Assembly: GCF_006345805.1 (NCBI RefSeq)
Contig: NC_043001.1
Span: 77,500,001-77,564,000, forward strand
Origin: Octopus sinensis
Taxonomy: Eukaryota
Direction of reading: 5' to 3'
Length of the DNA: 64,000 nt
Under the pieces are notes generated by a model. The model did no database searches, had not been told where the DNA came from, and was given only the letters and a program-made list of their open reading frames with translations. A program made the translations under genes and the position numbers. Positions 51,965 through 63,950 of the stretch are shown piece by piece. Numbering within the stretch: position 1 is the first letter of the stretch; the number at the start of each line of letters is the position of its first letter.

Positions 51965-53105
51965 ATATCTTGCTGTCTGTCTTTTTATAAACAATTACTC
52001 ATGAACGTATCCAACGAATTATACAGCATAGTAGCCCATTACTATAACAGCGTATTAGCATGTTTAATATTGGTATACATGATATAATAATTAGACTCAT
52101 GCCCGAGACTCTTTCAAACTAGCAAAAAATTCCATCTGACATCACACCTTGCCGACATGTATGGCAACGTAGTTCTGTTTATTCACGGAAAGAGCGAACT
52201 TGAGACTAAACAATAAGTACGATAGCAGGAAATCTTTCACTCTGTCCGTCCGTCTGCCTGTTTGTCTGCCTGTCTCTCTGCCTGTGCGCCTGTCTGTCTT
52301 CTCTGTCTGCCTGCTCTCTCTCGCTCTCTCTCTCTCTCACGCACATACAAATACACATGCACGCTTATATACTTGAAAATATGTACTGACATAAAGACAG
52401 ACACTAATCTTAATCATTAAAAGCTGCTAATCTGTAGCAGGCGTGCGCGTGTGCTTGTGTATGTATGTGTGTGTGTATGTATATATGTATATACATACAT
52501 ACATGCATACATATATATATATATATAAATATGCATGCATATATATATATACATATTATTTATTTTCTTATATGATTGAACTCTACACATCCTCTTCCAA
52601 GTAAGTTTTATCTTAATAATTCTGATGCGCACTGTACTATCTTTTTTCTCTTTCGCGTTTCTTTCTTTCTCTCTTTTATTGTATTTCATCCTCTTCTGTT
52701 ATTCTATCCTGTTACTCTTACGTTTTTTCTATCTTCCTTTCTCCCCTTCTCCCCCTCTTGTTTTTCTCACTTATCCTATCTTCAATTTTTTCTTCCCCCT
52801 TCACAGTTCTCTGATTGTCAAACTTTCTCCCTCACTCTTCCTCCCTTGCTCACGTGGCTCCCACGTGATCATCGGCCATCTTGTAGCTTGTGTTTCTTTC
52901 TTTCTCTCCGTTGTACCTTGATCAAGGAAGACGTGTTCTTATCTGTCTCCTGTCCGAGCTTGATTTACCCGTTCAACATCACAACCACGTATGGGCTTAG
53001 CAGCCCTTCCAGTTTGTTTTCAGTGTCCTGTTTGTATCAACAATTTTGACCCTCCGCAAAATCCCAAATTTTATTTTATTTGCTTTGCAGGAGCAACAGT
53101 CTTAC

Positions 53106-53175
53106 CGAAAGCGTATCTTGTTGTTAAATGCCCAAAATACGAGAGTAGAAATACAGCCAACAACTGAAGAATCAT
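53106..53175 (-). CDS. Candidate first coding exon with signal-peptide-like sequence MILQLLAVFLLSYFGHLTTRYAF
   Basis: AAAAATG start, hydrophobic core, phase-1 donor G|GTAAGA; A-rich leader; downstream exons unconfirmed. Confidence 0.35.
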
Positions 53176-53234
53176 TTTTCGTTTTTTTGTTTTGTTTTGT
53201 TTTCCATTCGTGTCTTTCGTTGTTCGAAAATATA

Positions 53235-53466
53235 TATTTCTTTATTACCCACAAGGGGCTAAACATAGAGGGGACAAACAAAGACAGACAAAGGGATTAA
53301 GTCGATTACATCGACCCCAGTGCGTAACTGGTACTTTATTTATCGACCCCGAAAGGATGAAAGGCAAAGTCGACCTCGGCGGAATTTGAACTCAGAATGT
53401 AACAGCAGGCGAAATACGGCTACGCATTTCGCCCGGCGTGCTAACGATTCTGCCAGCTCGCCGCCC
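53235..53466 (-). mobile_element. SINE family B with 15-bp TSD
   Basis: TSD TTGTTCGAAAATATA at 53220-53234 and 53467-53481. Confidence 0.9.
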
Positions 53467-53574
53467 TTGTTCGAAAATATAGTTCATATTCCATGTACTC
53501 GTACTTCGTATTTTTTTGTTGAACACGTTTCTCGACATCCTGAACCCACTGATGCATATATATGTATATATATA

Positions 53575-53975
53575 GGCGCAGGTGTGGCTGTGTGGTAAGT
53601 AGCTTTTTTACCAACCACATGGTTCCGGGTTCAGTTCCACCGCGTGGAACCTTGGGCAAGTGTCTTCTACTATAGCCTCGGGCCGACCAAAGCCTTGTGA
53701 GTGGATTTGGTAGACGGAAACTGAAAGAAGCTCGTCGTATATATGTATATATATATATATATGCGTGTGTGTGTTTGTGTGTCTGTGTTTGTCCCCCTAG
53801 CATTGCTTCACAACCGATGCTGGTGTGTTTTTGTCCCCGTTACTTAGCGATTCGGCAAAAGGGACCGATAGAATAAGTACTGGGCTTACAAAAGAATATG
53901 TCCCGGGTCGAGTTGCTCGATTAAAGGCGGTGCTCCAGCATGGCTGCAGTCAAATGACTGAAACAAGTAAAAGAG
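53575..53975 (+). mobile_element. SINE family A, full length
   Basis: GGCGCAGGTGTGGCTGTGTGGTAAG head through GACTGAAACAAGTAAAAG tail. Confidence 0.85.
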
Positions 53976-54094
53976 CAAATATATATATATATTTGTGGAG
54001 AAATATAAGGAAGGAAGGATTTTCCCACAAGGGGAGAGAGCCGCACATGCCTCATAATTTTATTCCCCTTTTGCTTTATTATTATTTTGCGAAG

Positions 54095-54270
54095 TAAGGC
54101 GACGAGTCGATAGAATCGTTAGCACGCCGGACGAAATGCTTAGCGGCATTTCGTTCGTCTTTACGTACTGAGTTCAAATCCCGCCGATGTCGACTTTGCC
54201 TATCATCCTCCCAGGGTCGATGAAATAAGTATGAGTGAAACACTAGGGTCGAAGTAATCGATTTCAGGCC
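54095..54270 (+). mobile_element. SINE family B
   Basis: GGCGACGAGTCGATAGAATCGTTAGCACGCCGGACGAAATGCTTAGCGG...GACTTTGCCTATCATCC. Confidence 0.75.
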
Positions 54271-54744
54271 TTCTGCCTATAGTAGAAAAGCTTATTATTT
54301 TGCGTGGACATTTTCTTATGATTGAGAGAACATATGAAATAATATTTCCATATAATTCATTTTTTTCTCTCATTTTTGGTATCCTTGTTGCTGCAGATAT
54401 GCATACCCACACGCGCACGCGCGCGCGCACACACACTCACACACATACCCATGCATAAAAGCGGTGTTAGTGAATATAAATCGATCACTGGAATATAATG
54501 GTCCATACATTTAAGTTGGAAAGACAATGGCGTACCTTTTTACCCCGTACAGAGTATACATATCATTGCATTACATGATTTAAAATATACACACGGATCG
54601 ATACAAATACAACACAGAAAATGCCACAGACATAGATGATAGTCTAGATCCTGAGTGCCATGGAAAGAAATTTTGGAAGAAGTACAACCTTATACGTACA
54701 GGGATATATATATATACATATATACATATATGTACATATATATA

Positions 54745-54800
<56 letters not shown>

Positions 54801-54814
54801 TTCTATACTTTTAT

Positions 54815-55130
54815 TCATTTACTTGTTTTAGTTATCTGACTGGGGCCTTTAGTCGAACAAATTGACCCAGGAGTTGTTCTTTGCAAGCCTAGTACTTATT
54901 CTGCCTTTTGCCGATCAGCTAAGTTACGGGGTCGTAAAGACATCCACACCGGGTGTCACGTGATGGTGGGACACATACGCACACATACACATATACAACG
55001 GGCTTCCAAAAACTCGCGAGGCTTTCGTCGTCCCGAGGCTATAGTAGAGGCTCGTGGACAAGATGCAACGCATTGGGACCAATCATAGAGCCATGTGGTT
55101 GGGAAGGAAGCTTCTTACCACACAGCCACC
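54815..55130 (-). mobile_element. SINE family A (decayed)
   Basis: Reverse complement of the family A head and tail. Confidence 0.65.
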
Positions 55131-55194
55131 ATTAAATATATATAGACATATATGCATATAAATGCATATAGATATGCACACATGCCTATGTATA

Positions 55195-55234
<40 letters not shown>

Positions 55235-55924
55235 TATACATATATATACATGTATATATACGTGTATATATATATATATATATTTATATATATAAATATA
55301 CGCCACATCATGGGATCAACTCTCGTCCCCTTTCCTCTCTCCCTCTCACACAACTTCTTCCCACCCACCTCCATCTCTTACTCCGACTCCGACTCTCCTC
55401 TCTTCTCTTCACTCCTAGCCACCTTCACCCTTTCCCCTCTCCCTTCAACGTCACCCCACTCTCGTAGCCCCACCCCCATAGAATCCAACCCCACCTATCC
55501 ATTCCATCCCACCCCACCTATCCATTCCTTACACCGGCTCCTACATACCCCACCTCTACCGCCACCGTCATCTTACCCACATAACCCGCCTCTACTCCCA
55601 CTCTCAGCCTAACCCACACCCCACCTCGGCTTTCCCCACTCTCACCTCTCCCATATCCCAACAACATCACACCCACCACTACACCATGCACAGCCATACC
55701 ACACAACACCACATCACATCACATCATGCCACCACGCACAAACTACCACTGACCACTTCCCAGGCCACATCCACACACCTACACGTACACACGCACACAT
55801 CAAGATCAGCCCTCTTTCACACGCACATACATGCTGTCTTATACACACGCACTTTCGTTTTGGCATCACCACTATTTTTTATCTCCCTTCTCCTTAGCTC
55901 TCCTATGTGACCCCTCTGTCCGGC

Positions 55925-56115
55925 ATTCGCCATGATAGATCGCTAGCCACTACACATTCTTTATTTTCTCTCCTTGTTTCTTTCAGTGTTCGTTGTGTGG
56001 AAGAGCATAGGCTCGAAACGTTAAAACTTTTTCACTTCCCGAGCGTTAAACTAATACAAAAGTTTGTTGTCTACACCACCTGCCTTCGTCTTTTGTATTT
56101 TTGTGAATTCTCCCC
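55925..56115 (+). mobile_element. Penelope pLTR-like repeat, family 3
   Basis: GTGTGGA-A-GAGC-ATAG-GCTC-GAA-ACGT-T-AAAA; ends at (TA)n. Confidence 0.65.
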
Positions 56116-56594
56116 CCCATATATATATATATATATATATATAGGCATGTGTGCATCAGTATGTACATCTGTATGTGAATAAAATTAAACGCCTGTACTT
56201 ATTAGGTAAATGTGTTTTTATATATATGTATGTGTGTATGCATGCATATATTTATGTATAAACACTTGTGTGCGCATACATAACCTGTGTATGTAGATAC
56301 ATATCTGTGTAAGAAGTAACGTATAAATGTGGCCTATAAATATGTAGCTATACGTATATTTCTTTAACTTTACGTATATTTATTATGTATGTATGCATAT
56401 CTATCTATAAGTATATATATATATGTTTTCCTTCTCTCTGTCCCTATATACATATGTATGTATATATGTCTGTATGTGTGCTTGTGTCTGTGTGTATGTA
56501 TACTCATATGCAGATACGTCATTGCTTATCCAGAAACCTACTGGCATCGTATTTTGTGTGTGTGTGCGTGTCTGTTTCTAGTGGTGCGCGCACG

Positions 56595-56627
<33 letters not shown>

Positions 56628-56766
56628 ATAGTTTCTGAAAATGTGTACGCACCATATTATCGATGACCTATTTCGAGGAAGTTGTGCATATATTTATGTG
56701 CTATGACGATCAAACTAGTCTTCTGTCAATGTTACTTCATATCATCTATTTAAGCGTGAATCGTAC

Positions 56767-56878
<112 letters not shown>

Positions 56879-57104
56879 TTATTTATTTGTCAGTCTGTCC
56901 TGTCCCGTCCATTAATCCGTCTATGTAAATTTCGAGAATGGGATCTCAGATATATGCGCCTGCGCAGAGACACGCATAGCCGATACACATATGCATATAC
57001 ACCGTTGTCTTGGCAATACTACCTATGTGTATCAATACGCATGCGTATATCAGTCTACTTTATTATATGCGAATATTCTCCATCCATCTATCTATCTATC
57101 TATA

Positions 57105-57168
<64 letters not shown>

Positions 57169-57217
57169 CATCTATCTATTAGTCGACTTTTCATTTATCT
57201 AAGGCTTAATAAGAGTG

Positions 57218-57260
<43 letters not shown>

Positions 57261-57586
57261 GTCAGAATTAACCTTATGGACGTTGTGTAAATGTATTTGA
57301 GGCACACAGTTTAGCCATCTGGCCACAGTTGTAAATACATAACTGTCACCACCACTACATGAACCTGAAGATTGCATAGTTTAATGCATGAAAGTACTAG
57401 TTCAATCAGATTGGACAGTCTATCATTTCATTATATCATCTTATCCTATATTATATTATTATAAGATTGTAAATAAAATGTGTAAATCAAAGTTGCAATC
57501 TCTCTGAGTAATATATTCTTCTATACACATTCATACATACCCGTGAATACATATATGTATATACATATATATATACATATACACAC

Positions 57587-57647
<61 letters not shown>

Positions 57648-58254
57648 AAGAAAAAATAAGATGGCTAGCAGCAGGCTGTTTCACCTCATACCGAAGGAAT
57701 TAGAAATGGCAGTCAAAGACCGTTTTTCCATTTTCTATAAGTGGAGAATCCAAAAACGAAGGCCCTTACGGCTCACATACACAAAACCGGAGTGGCAAAT
57801 ATACGAAGTCAGTCACTTACCGTTAATAGCGAACATATGTTTCTGGATCGCAAACATAGAAATCAGTTTGAATTCCGTCATCGGCGCTATATTCGATAGC
57901 TTTACCAAATGCCACTAGCCCTCACTTCTGACCCAGTGACATCAGATAGTGGGGGGAAGAGCGCAGATGTTAAAACTAAGTGGCGACTGGGAACGTAAAT
58001 TTTCCCTCCAAAATTCTGCCATGCGCGCTTTCTGGGTAATCGTAATGGAATGAGGAATCCACATGGTAATGCAATAAAAATGGTAAATAATTTTCCTGTG
58101 GTTTTTCATGTAACCAACAATTATTTACCGGTAAATTTCGGTATGTAAATACGACAAATTAATTGTCAGGACCTTTGTAAGGTTCAGTATATAGTAAAGA
58201 AAAAATAAGATGGCTAGCAGCAGGCTGTTTCACCTCATACCGATATATATATAT

Positions 58255-58334
<80 letters not shown>

Positions 58335-58339
58335 TATAT

Positions 58340-59030
58340 ATAAAAAAGTGAATAAGACGCAATAGAGGACAATAAAATATACGGACAGATAGACGATAAA
58401 AAGGCTGACAGGAAAAACAGGTATTAGAGGGACAGGGAAACAAAGGACGGGGCATGCGTGGCCTTCTTTCGTCAGTCAAGTTACTAGATGTCCTTACAAT
58501 TTCGGGCAGTTATACTTGAGACTGTTCAATCTTTTTGCTCCCCCAAAAGTATAAACTAAGAGCATTAGACTCTTTGTATGAAAGCAAGCGAATATGTACG
58601 ACAACAAAGGCAAATAAAGGAGAACATGTTAGACAATTTCAAATACAAACAACAAAAATATAACAACAGCTGTCTTTCGACTGAGATCGAATCAAATTGA
58701 GCTGGCGTGTATAAAGTGAAAGCCTTATGGCAGGAACATAGGTGATGGACATAAGAGATGCTGGCGGCCGGCAGTCAGGCCAAGAACACCAGGAAGACAG
58801 AGGTTAGGGGAAGCGGGATTGAAGCTTTATGGGAAGAATTGAAAAGAGAGAAAAGTATCAGAGACAAAGGGAGAGGTACAGGGGAGATAAGCGACGAGGA
58901 AAAGAGAGGGCCAATAAATGTAAGAAAAAGACAAAAGGAAGATTATGTACAATTAACTGGTTATACTTCTGCAATAGGCACAATATTTTCATAAATTTTT
59001 GTTTTTATAACAAGTGAAGTAGGTTGTCAG
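58340..59030 (-). mobile_element. pLTR/retrozyme-like element, family 2
   Basis: Same architecture as family 1 (pyrimidine-rich body then rearranged hammerhead, abutting (TA)n) but different sequence; boundaries approximate. Confidence 0.5.
58469..58540 (-). ncRNA. Rearranged hammerhead-like RNA, family 2
   Basis: GAGCA-10nt-ACAGT-C|TCAAGT-ataac-TGCCC-GAA-ATTGT-14nt-ACTTGA-CTGACGA. Confidence 0.6.
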
Positions 59031-59961
59031 AAAATCTCAATAACAGAAGCAATGTTTATCGCCACATCAGTATGGCTGTTCGACGATACAACTGTTTTAA
59101 CCCCAAGCAGATCCCCCGCCAGGTGGTTACCAGTGCAACCTGCACCCGGTATATGTTGCATGCAGGGCGGCGAACCCCTACTATTCTCTAGCAAACGAAG
59201 GAATCAGAAGACCAAAGGTGAGAAAAAGAAAAAAAGAAAATTAACAGTGTAAAAGAATCGTCTGTATATTTATATATGTGTGTGTTTATATATATATCTG
59301 TGTGTGTGTGTGTGTGTGTGTGTGTATGAATACATATACAATATATATATGCTATTTTATATCTACTTGTCCGCCTGCCTGTCACGCTATCTATTTTCTC
59401 TCCGTCTACATGCCTGTCTGGCGGTCTGTCTGTCCTCATTACTGAAAGCTGAATCTGCCGTGGTTGTTAACTTCAGTTCCTCCTTGCCTATCTTCGGACA
59501 GCTATGAAATATCTAACAGAATTTTGTTACATAAATGATATACAAAAATATCGTATATAAATAAAATATAGATAAAAAGATATAAATAAAAGCAAATGGC
59601 AGTTTTATCGTCACAGCTCTACTTTATAGTTTTGCGATAATATAGGAGACTAGAAGTCATACATCATTGAGATAGATGGCAAAAATAAGAGATGTATTTA
59701 GTACCCATGAAATGTACGGCCCCAAAGTAGTTGTTAACTATCTGTATATAGAAGAAAAAGGTCTTTGGCAAATATATGTTCAATCTTAAACTGAACTATG
59801 TCGAAATGTGTTTTATCTCTTATATCATCGACAAACACTGTTAATTATCGGAGAAGATTACCAAACTAAAATAATATTCACCAAACTTTACAATCTTACA
59901 TAGGAAGTTATAAAATTTCAACATTATTGGCGCAGGCGTGGCTGTGTGGTAAGAAACTTGC

Positions 59962-62310
59962 TTCCACTGCGCATTGCGAATAATTGTAGTATTCGACACC
60001 AAAGAGATGAGACATGCTTTTGAAGCCGTCTCGAATTGAAAAATTTTGAAGCTCCATTGTAAGGTAAGATTCTGTTTTTTGGGTCCAGTGAGAATTTTTG
60101 TTGAGAATTGTTTTTGTACAGGCAGGTTTTGTTTGGGGGCGTATTCGTCTTCGGTTTATGTTGAATGAATATCTTTCTCACTTAATTATGAGAATACTGC
60201 TTGTATTGTGCCTTTTGAAGAACTTTAATAATTGTGAGAACTGCTGTATGGGGGAGTGTTTTGCCTCCGAAGATTGAACGATTTGTATATCAATTTTTGT
60301 GGAAGTTGTGTTCCAGTTGTGGCGTTCCGGGTTCAACATAGGCCGGGAATGGCCGGAAGTATTTTTTTGGGGTTTTTTTTTGCTGTGTTCCTGAATTATT
60401 GACTTTCTTCTAAACTTTATTTGACTTTCTCCTTTTTGTTTATTTGACTTTCTTTTGATTTCTTTTTTCTTCTCACTTTTTAAGTTTTATTTTGAATATA
60501 TTTAAAAAAAAAAAAAGAGAAACATGGCAATGAAAAATGACAAAATTTTGGAATGGGAGATTATACCGCCTAAAAAGTGGTTAAAAGACCGTGAAGATAG
60601 GACGGTGGTGTTGAGAACCTACTCCAAGGCACTCAACACCATCGCCCTATTCAAAAAGACGGCAATTGAAAAGGAGTTGGCAGAGTATTTGCCAACAATT
60701 AAATTCATTTCCAGAGGTGTCAGATATGCAACGGTGTGTTTGCACAAACCCCTGAAGAGGCTCGCAAATTTGCTAGTCAAACCCTAAAGGGTAAGGAAAT
60801 TTTATTTCATCCCACGTATCATGGGAAGAGGTTGACGAAAGCTTGGATCTACGGGCTGCCACCCGGGATAAAACCCGAGTGGATAGAGGAGACTATCCGC
60901 AGGGGTCTGGGTGGCATTGGGACCGGGACCAAGCTTCTTAATGTGAAAGTTCTTCCTGCAACTGTTTGGGTTGGGTCAAAAGCCAATCTGGTTTTTCCAG
61001 ATTTTTTGAAAATGGCCGGGTGCAGGTACCCGGTGATACCTGAGGGTCGCCCCCCCCCCCGGTGTCATCGGTGCCTGGAGTCCGGCCATATAAAGAAAAT
61101 CTGTCCCCGGGAACAAAATAAGATCCTGGAGCAGTTAAGTGAGACACCTGTAGAGGAGGAATGAAGACGGCCGAGGAAGTGGGGGACTCCTCAAACAGGG
61201 GCCGAAAGAGGAAGAAGGTGAGCAACAGTGGGTGCTCACCAAGGGATCCTGGAGATGAGGAGGGAAAGGCGAATCTTCCGGCCACGGAGGAGACGCACCC
61301 TCCCTCAGTTGAAAAGAAAAAAAAAGAGGAAGAGGAAGAGAAACGGGACATTGCCGGCAGTCGGTGACATAGTACCGGAATGTCCCGGAACTACGTCGGT
61401 TGGGGTTGTGCCACCGACAGGAGAAGAAACACCGTTGGCGGGAACTGTGCCACCAAGGAAAGAATTGAATATCCCGCCCCCGAGGAAAGACGATATATTG
61501 ATATTCTTCCATAGAGGCGAAGAGATTGAAAAGGTAATAGAAAAGCACCATAAGGGAGCACCTTCAGCCTTCACACAGGACCCCGAATGGCCTCCGCAGA
61601 TAGCTGTGGAGGCCAAGACGTTCGACGTGACGTTTGAGCTGAAGGAGCTCAATGAGGAATATCGCTTGTTCCCGGGCAACGCTAACACGGAACTCGATGT
61701 GGTTTTAGTAGAGGCGTGGAGGATGGCAGAGGATGCGGGCACAAGTTATTTAGAGGACGAGTCATAAATTGTGGGACTGTGTGACACAAACATTTGATAA
61801 TAGGCACTTCGCTTTCTTTCTGAACTCCCCGGCTGTCAACGTGGTCTGCTCTGCAAGCGGCTAGATATTTGACTGAAGGTCCGGAAAGAGGAGGAAGGGA
61901 GAAGTGATAATGTATTTTTTACGTTTGATAGGACATGTTTAGATACGACTTGAGGGGCTCCGACCTAGAGCTGGCGCATTCCTAAGGGAAGTGTAAGCCA
62001 GGTCTGGGAGGAGGGGCTTTGTGTATTGTATTTATATTATATGTAATTATTGAACTATGTTGTTGTTTGTAATGGACTGTTAAGTCCAAAGATTGAAAAG
62101 TTGTAAAAGTTGTAAGAGGTTTAATACCTCGTTTTGTGTTTGGTTTTAAAGAACAATGTTTTAGAGAAGCAGAAGTCGGCGGGCGCTTTTTGTCTTCTCC
62201 CATCCTTATCATCTTTCTTTCATTATCATTCATTTCATTAATGTCCTCGTCCAGCCCGCAAAGCTACTTTACTCTATGTACTGCCTTCATGGCAAATGTA
62301 ATGAAATAAA
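59962..62310 (+). mobile_element. ORF1-only non-LTR retroelement (L1/Tx1-like gag), no ORF2
   Basis: 5' leader, fragmented ORF1, about 540-bp 3' region ending AATAAA; putative TSD AAGAA(A/G)CTTGC at 59951 and 62309. Confidence 0.55.
60524..61767 (+). pseudogene. Gag-like ORF1 with CCHC zinc knuckle (3 frameshifts, about 400 aa in total)
   Basis: CHRCLESGHIKKIC = CX2CX4HX4C at 61063-61104, preceded by AWIYGLPPGIKPEWI (RRM-like ORF1 segment). Confidence 0.75.
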
Positions 62311-62334
62311 GAAGCTTGCGTGTGGTAAGAATCA

Positions 62335-62725
62335 TGGCTGTGTGGTAAGAAAGGTGGTGAGCTGGCAGAATCGTTCGCACTCCGGGCGACATTCTTAGCG
62401 GTATTTCGTCTGCAGTTACGTTTTGAGTTCAAATTCCGCCGATATCGACGTTGCCTTTCATCTTTTCGGGAGTCGATAAATTAAGTACCAGTTACGAACT
62501 GGGGTCGATGTAATCTATTTATCCCTTTGCCTGTCTTTGTTTGTCCCGTCTATGTTTAGCTCCTTGTCGGCAATAAAGAAGTAAGAAGCTTGCTTCCAAA
62601 CCATATAGTTCAGGGTTCAGTCACACTGCTTGGAACCTTGGGCAAGTGTCTTCTACTATATCCTTGGATCGATCAAAGCCTTGTGAGTGGATTTGGTAGG
62701 TAGAAACCGAAAGAACCCCGTCCTA
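62335..62725 (+). mobile_element. SINE family A interrupted by a SINE family B copy (62353-62580)
   Basis: A head ATGGCTGTGTGGTAAGAA, then B body, then GTAAGAA duplicated and A continues GCTTGCTTCCAAACCAT... Confidence 0.75.
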
Positions 62726-62745
62726 TATATATATATATATATATA

Positions 62746-62935
62746 AGGAGAATTCAGAAAAAAACAAAAGACGAAGACAGGTGGTGTAGACAATAAACAG
62801 ATGTATTAGTATAACGCTCGGGAAGTGAAAAAGTCTTTAACGTTTCGAGCCTACACTCTTCTACAGAAAGGAAAACAGAAAGAAACAAGGAGAGAAAATA
62901 AAGAATGTGTAGTGGCTTGCGTTCTATCATGGCGT
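62746..62935 (-). mobile_element. Penelope pLTR-like repeat, family 3, with well-preserved hammerhead-like motif at 62833-62871
   Basis: Minus strand CCTTT-CTGTAGA-A-GAGT-GTAG-GCTC-GAA-ACGT-T|AAAGA. Confidence 0.65.
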
Positions 62936-62957
62936 GTGTGTATGTGTGTGTGTGCGA

Positions 62958-63012
<55 letters not shown>

Positions 63013-63019
63013 TGGTGTG

Positions 63020-63235
63020 TGTGTGTGTGTTTGTGTCCGTGTTTGTCCCCCCATCACTGCTTGGCTGTCGGTGTTGATGTGTTTACTACCCTGTAACATA
63101 GCGGTTCGGCAAAAGATTCCTATAGAATACGTATTAAGCTTTAAAAAATAAGTCCTAGAGGGTCGATTTATTCGACTAAGACCATTTAAAACGGTGCATG
63201 GCCGCAGTCAAATGACCGAGACAATTAAAAGGAAG
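63020..63235 (+). mobile_element. SINE family A 3' module
   Basis: GTTTGTCCCCC...GCGGTTCGGCAAAAG...GGTCGATTTATTCGACTAA...GGCCGCAGTCAAATGAC. Confidence 0.7.
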
Positions 63236-63344
63236 AGTCCTGATGTAAGGCAAGTCATCCGCCGTGCTAGGAACAGCAACTACGACTATATGACCAGTTT
63301 AGAGAAACGGTATTTTGAACGATATGATATTTCTTCCTAATTTG

Positions 63345-63720
63345 GCACAAGACCAGAAATTTCGAAGGAATAAGGAAAGTCGAGTACATCGAACCTAATA
63401 CATGAATGGTATTGTATTTCATTGATTCCGAAAGGGTGAACATCGACGGTATTTGAAATTAACACGTGAAAAACCGGAACAAATGCCGCTAAGCATTTTG
63501 CCCGACGTACTGATAGTCCTGCCACATCGCTGCCTTATGTTATTAATTCTTTATGCTTGTAGAAGGGGGATCCCAATTAGATCCAATGCTCACTTGGAAC
63601 TTTATTTTATCGACCCTAATACGGTTATGGGAAAAGTTGACCTTAGCGATACTTGAAGTCAGAACGTAAAGAGCTGGAAGAAATATCGCTACGCATCTTG
63701 TCCGACATGCTAACAATTCT
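63345..63720 (-). mobile_element. Two decayed SINE family B copies
   Basis: GAGTACATCGA..AATGGTA..ATTGATTCCGAAAGGGTGAA.. and GAACTTTATTTTATCGACCC..AAAGTTGACC..GAAGTCAGAACGTAAAG. Confidence 0.6.
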
Positions 63721-63789
63721 GTTAGCTCACCGCCTAAAGTTGGATGATGTAATATTCAATATAGAGAGAAAACCCAGGATGGTAAAAGC

Positions 63790-63950
63790 TATTCTTCTTC
63801 TTCTTCTTCTTCTTCTTCTTCTTCTTCTTCTTCTTCTTCTCCTTTTTCTTCTTCTCCTTTTTCTTCTTCTTCTTCTTCTTCTTCTTCTTCTTCTTCTTCT
63901 TCTTCTTCTTCTTCTTCTTCTTCTTCTTCTTCTTCTTCTTCTTCTTCATA
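63790..63950. repeat. (TTC)n microsatellite
   Basis: About 50 TTC units; source of the poly-L and poly-K ORFs. Confidence 0.95.

Noticed and set aside
52990-53166. 58-codon Cys-containing plus-strand ORF MGLAALPVCFQCPVC...
   Set aside because: Short, no homology recognised, overlaps a better-supported minus-strand exon candidate
55320-55720. C-rich/pyrimidine-rich tract (G4/triplex potential; similar at 26985-27100)
   Set aside because: Low-complexity sequence common in this genome; no specific organisation
57661-57918. 85-aa ORF MASSRLFHLIP...
   Set aside because: Starts inside a duplicated terminal repeat, no recognisable domain; treated as part of the repeat unit
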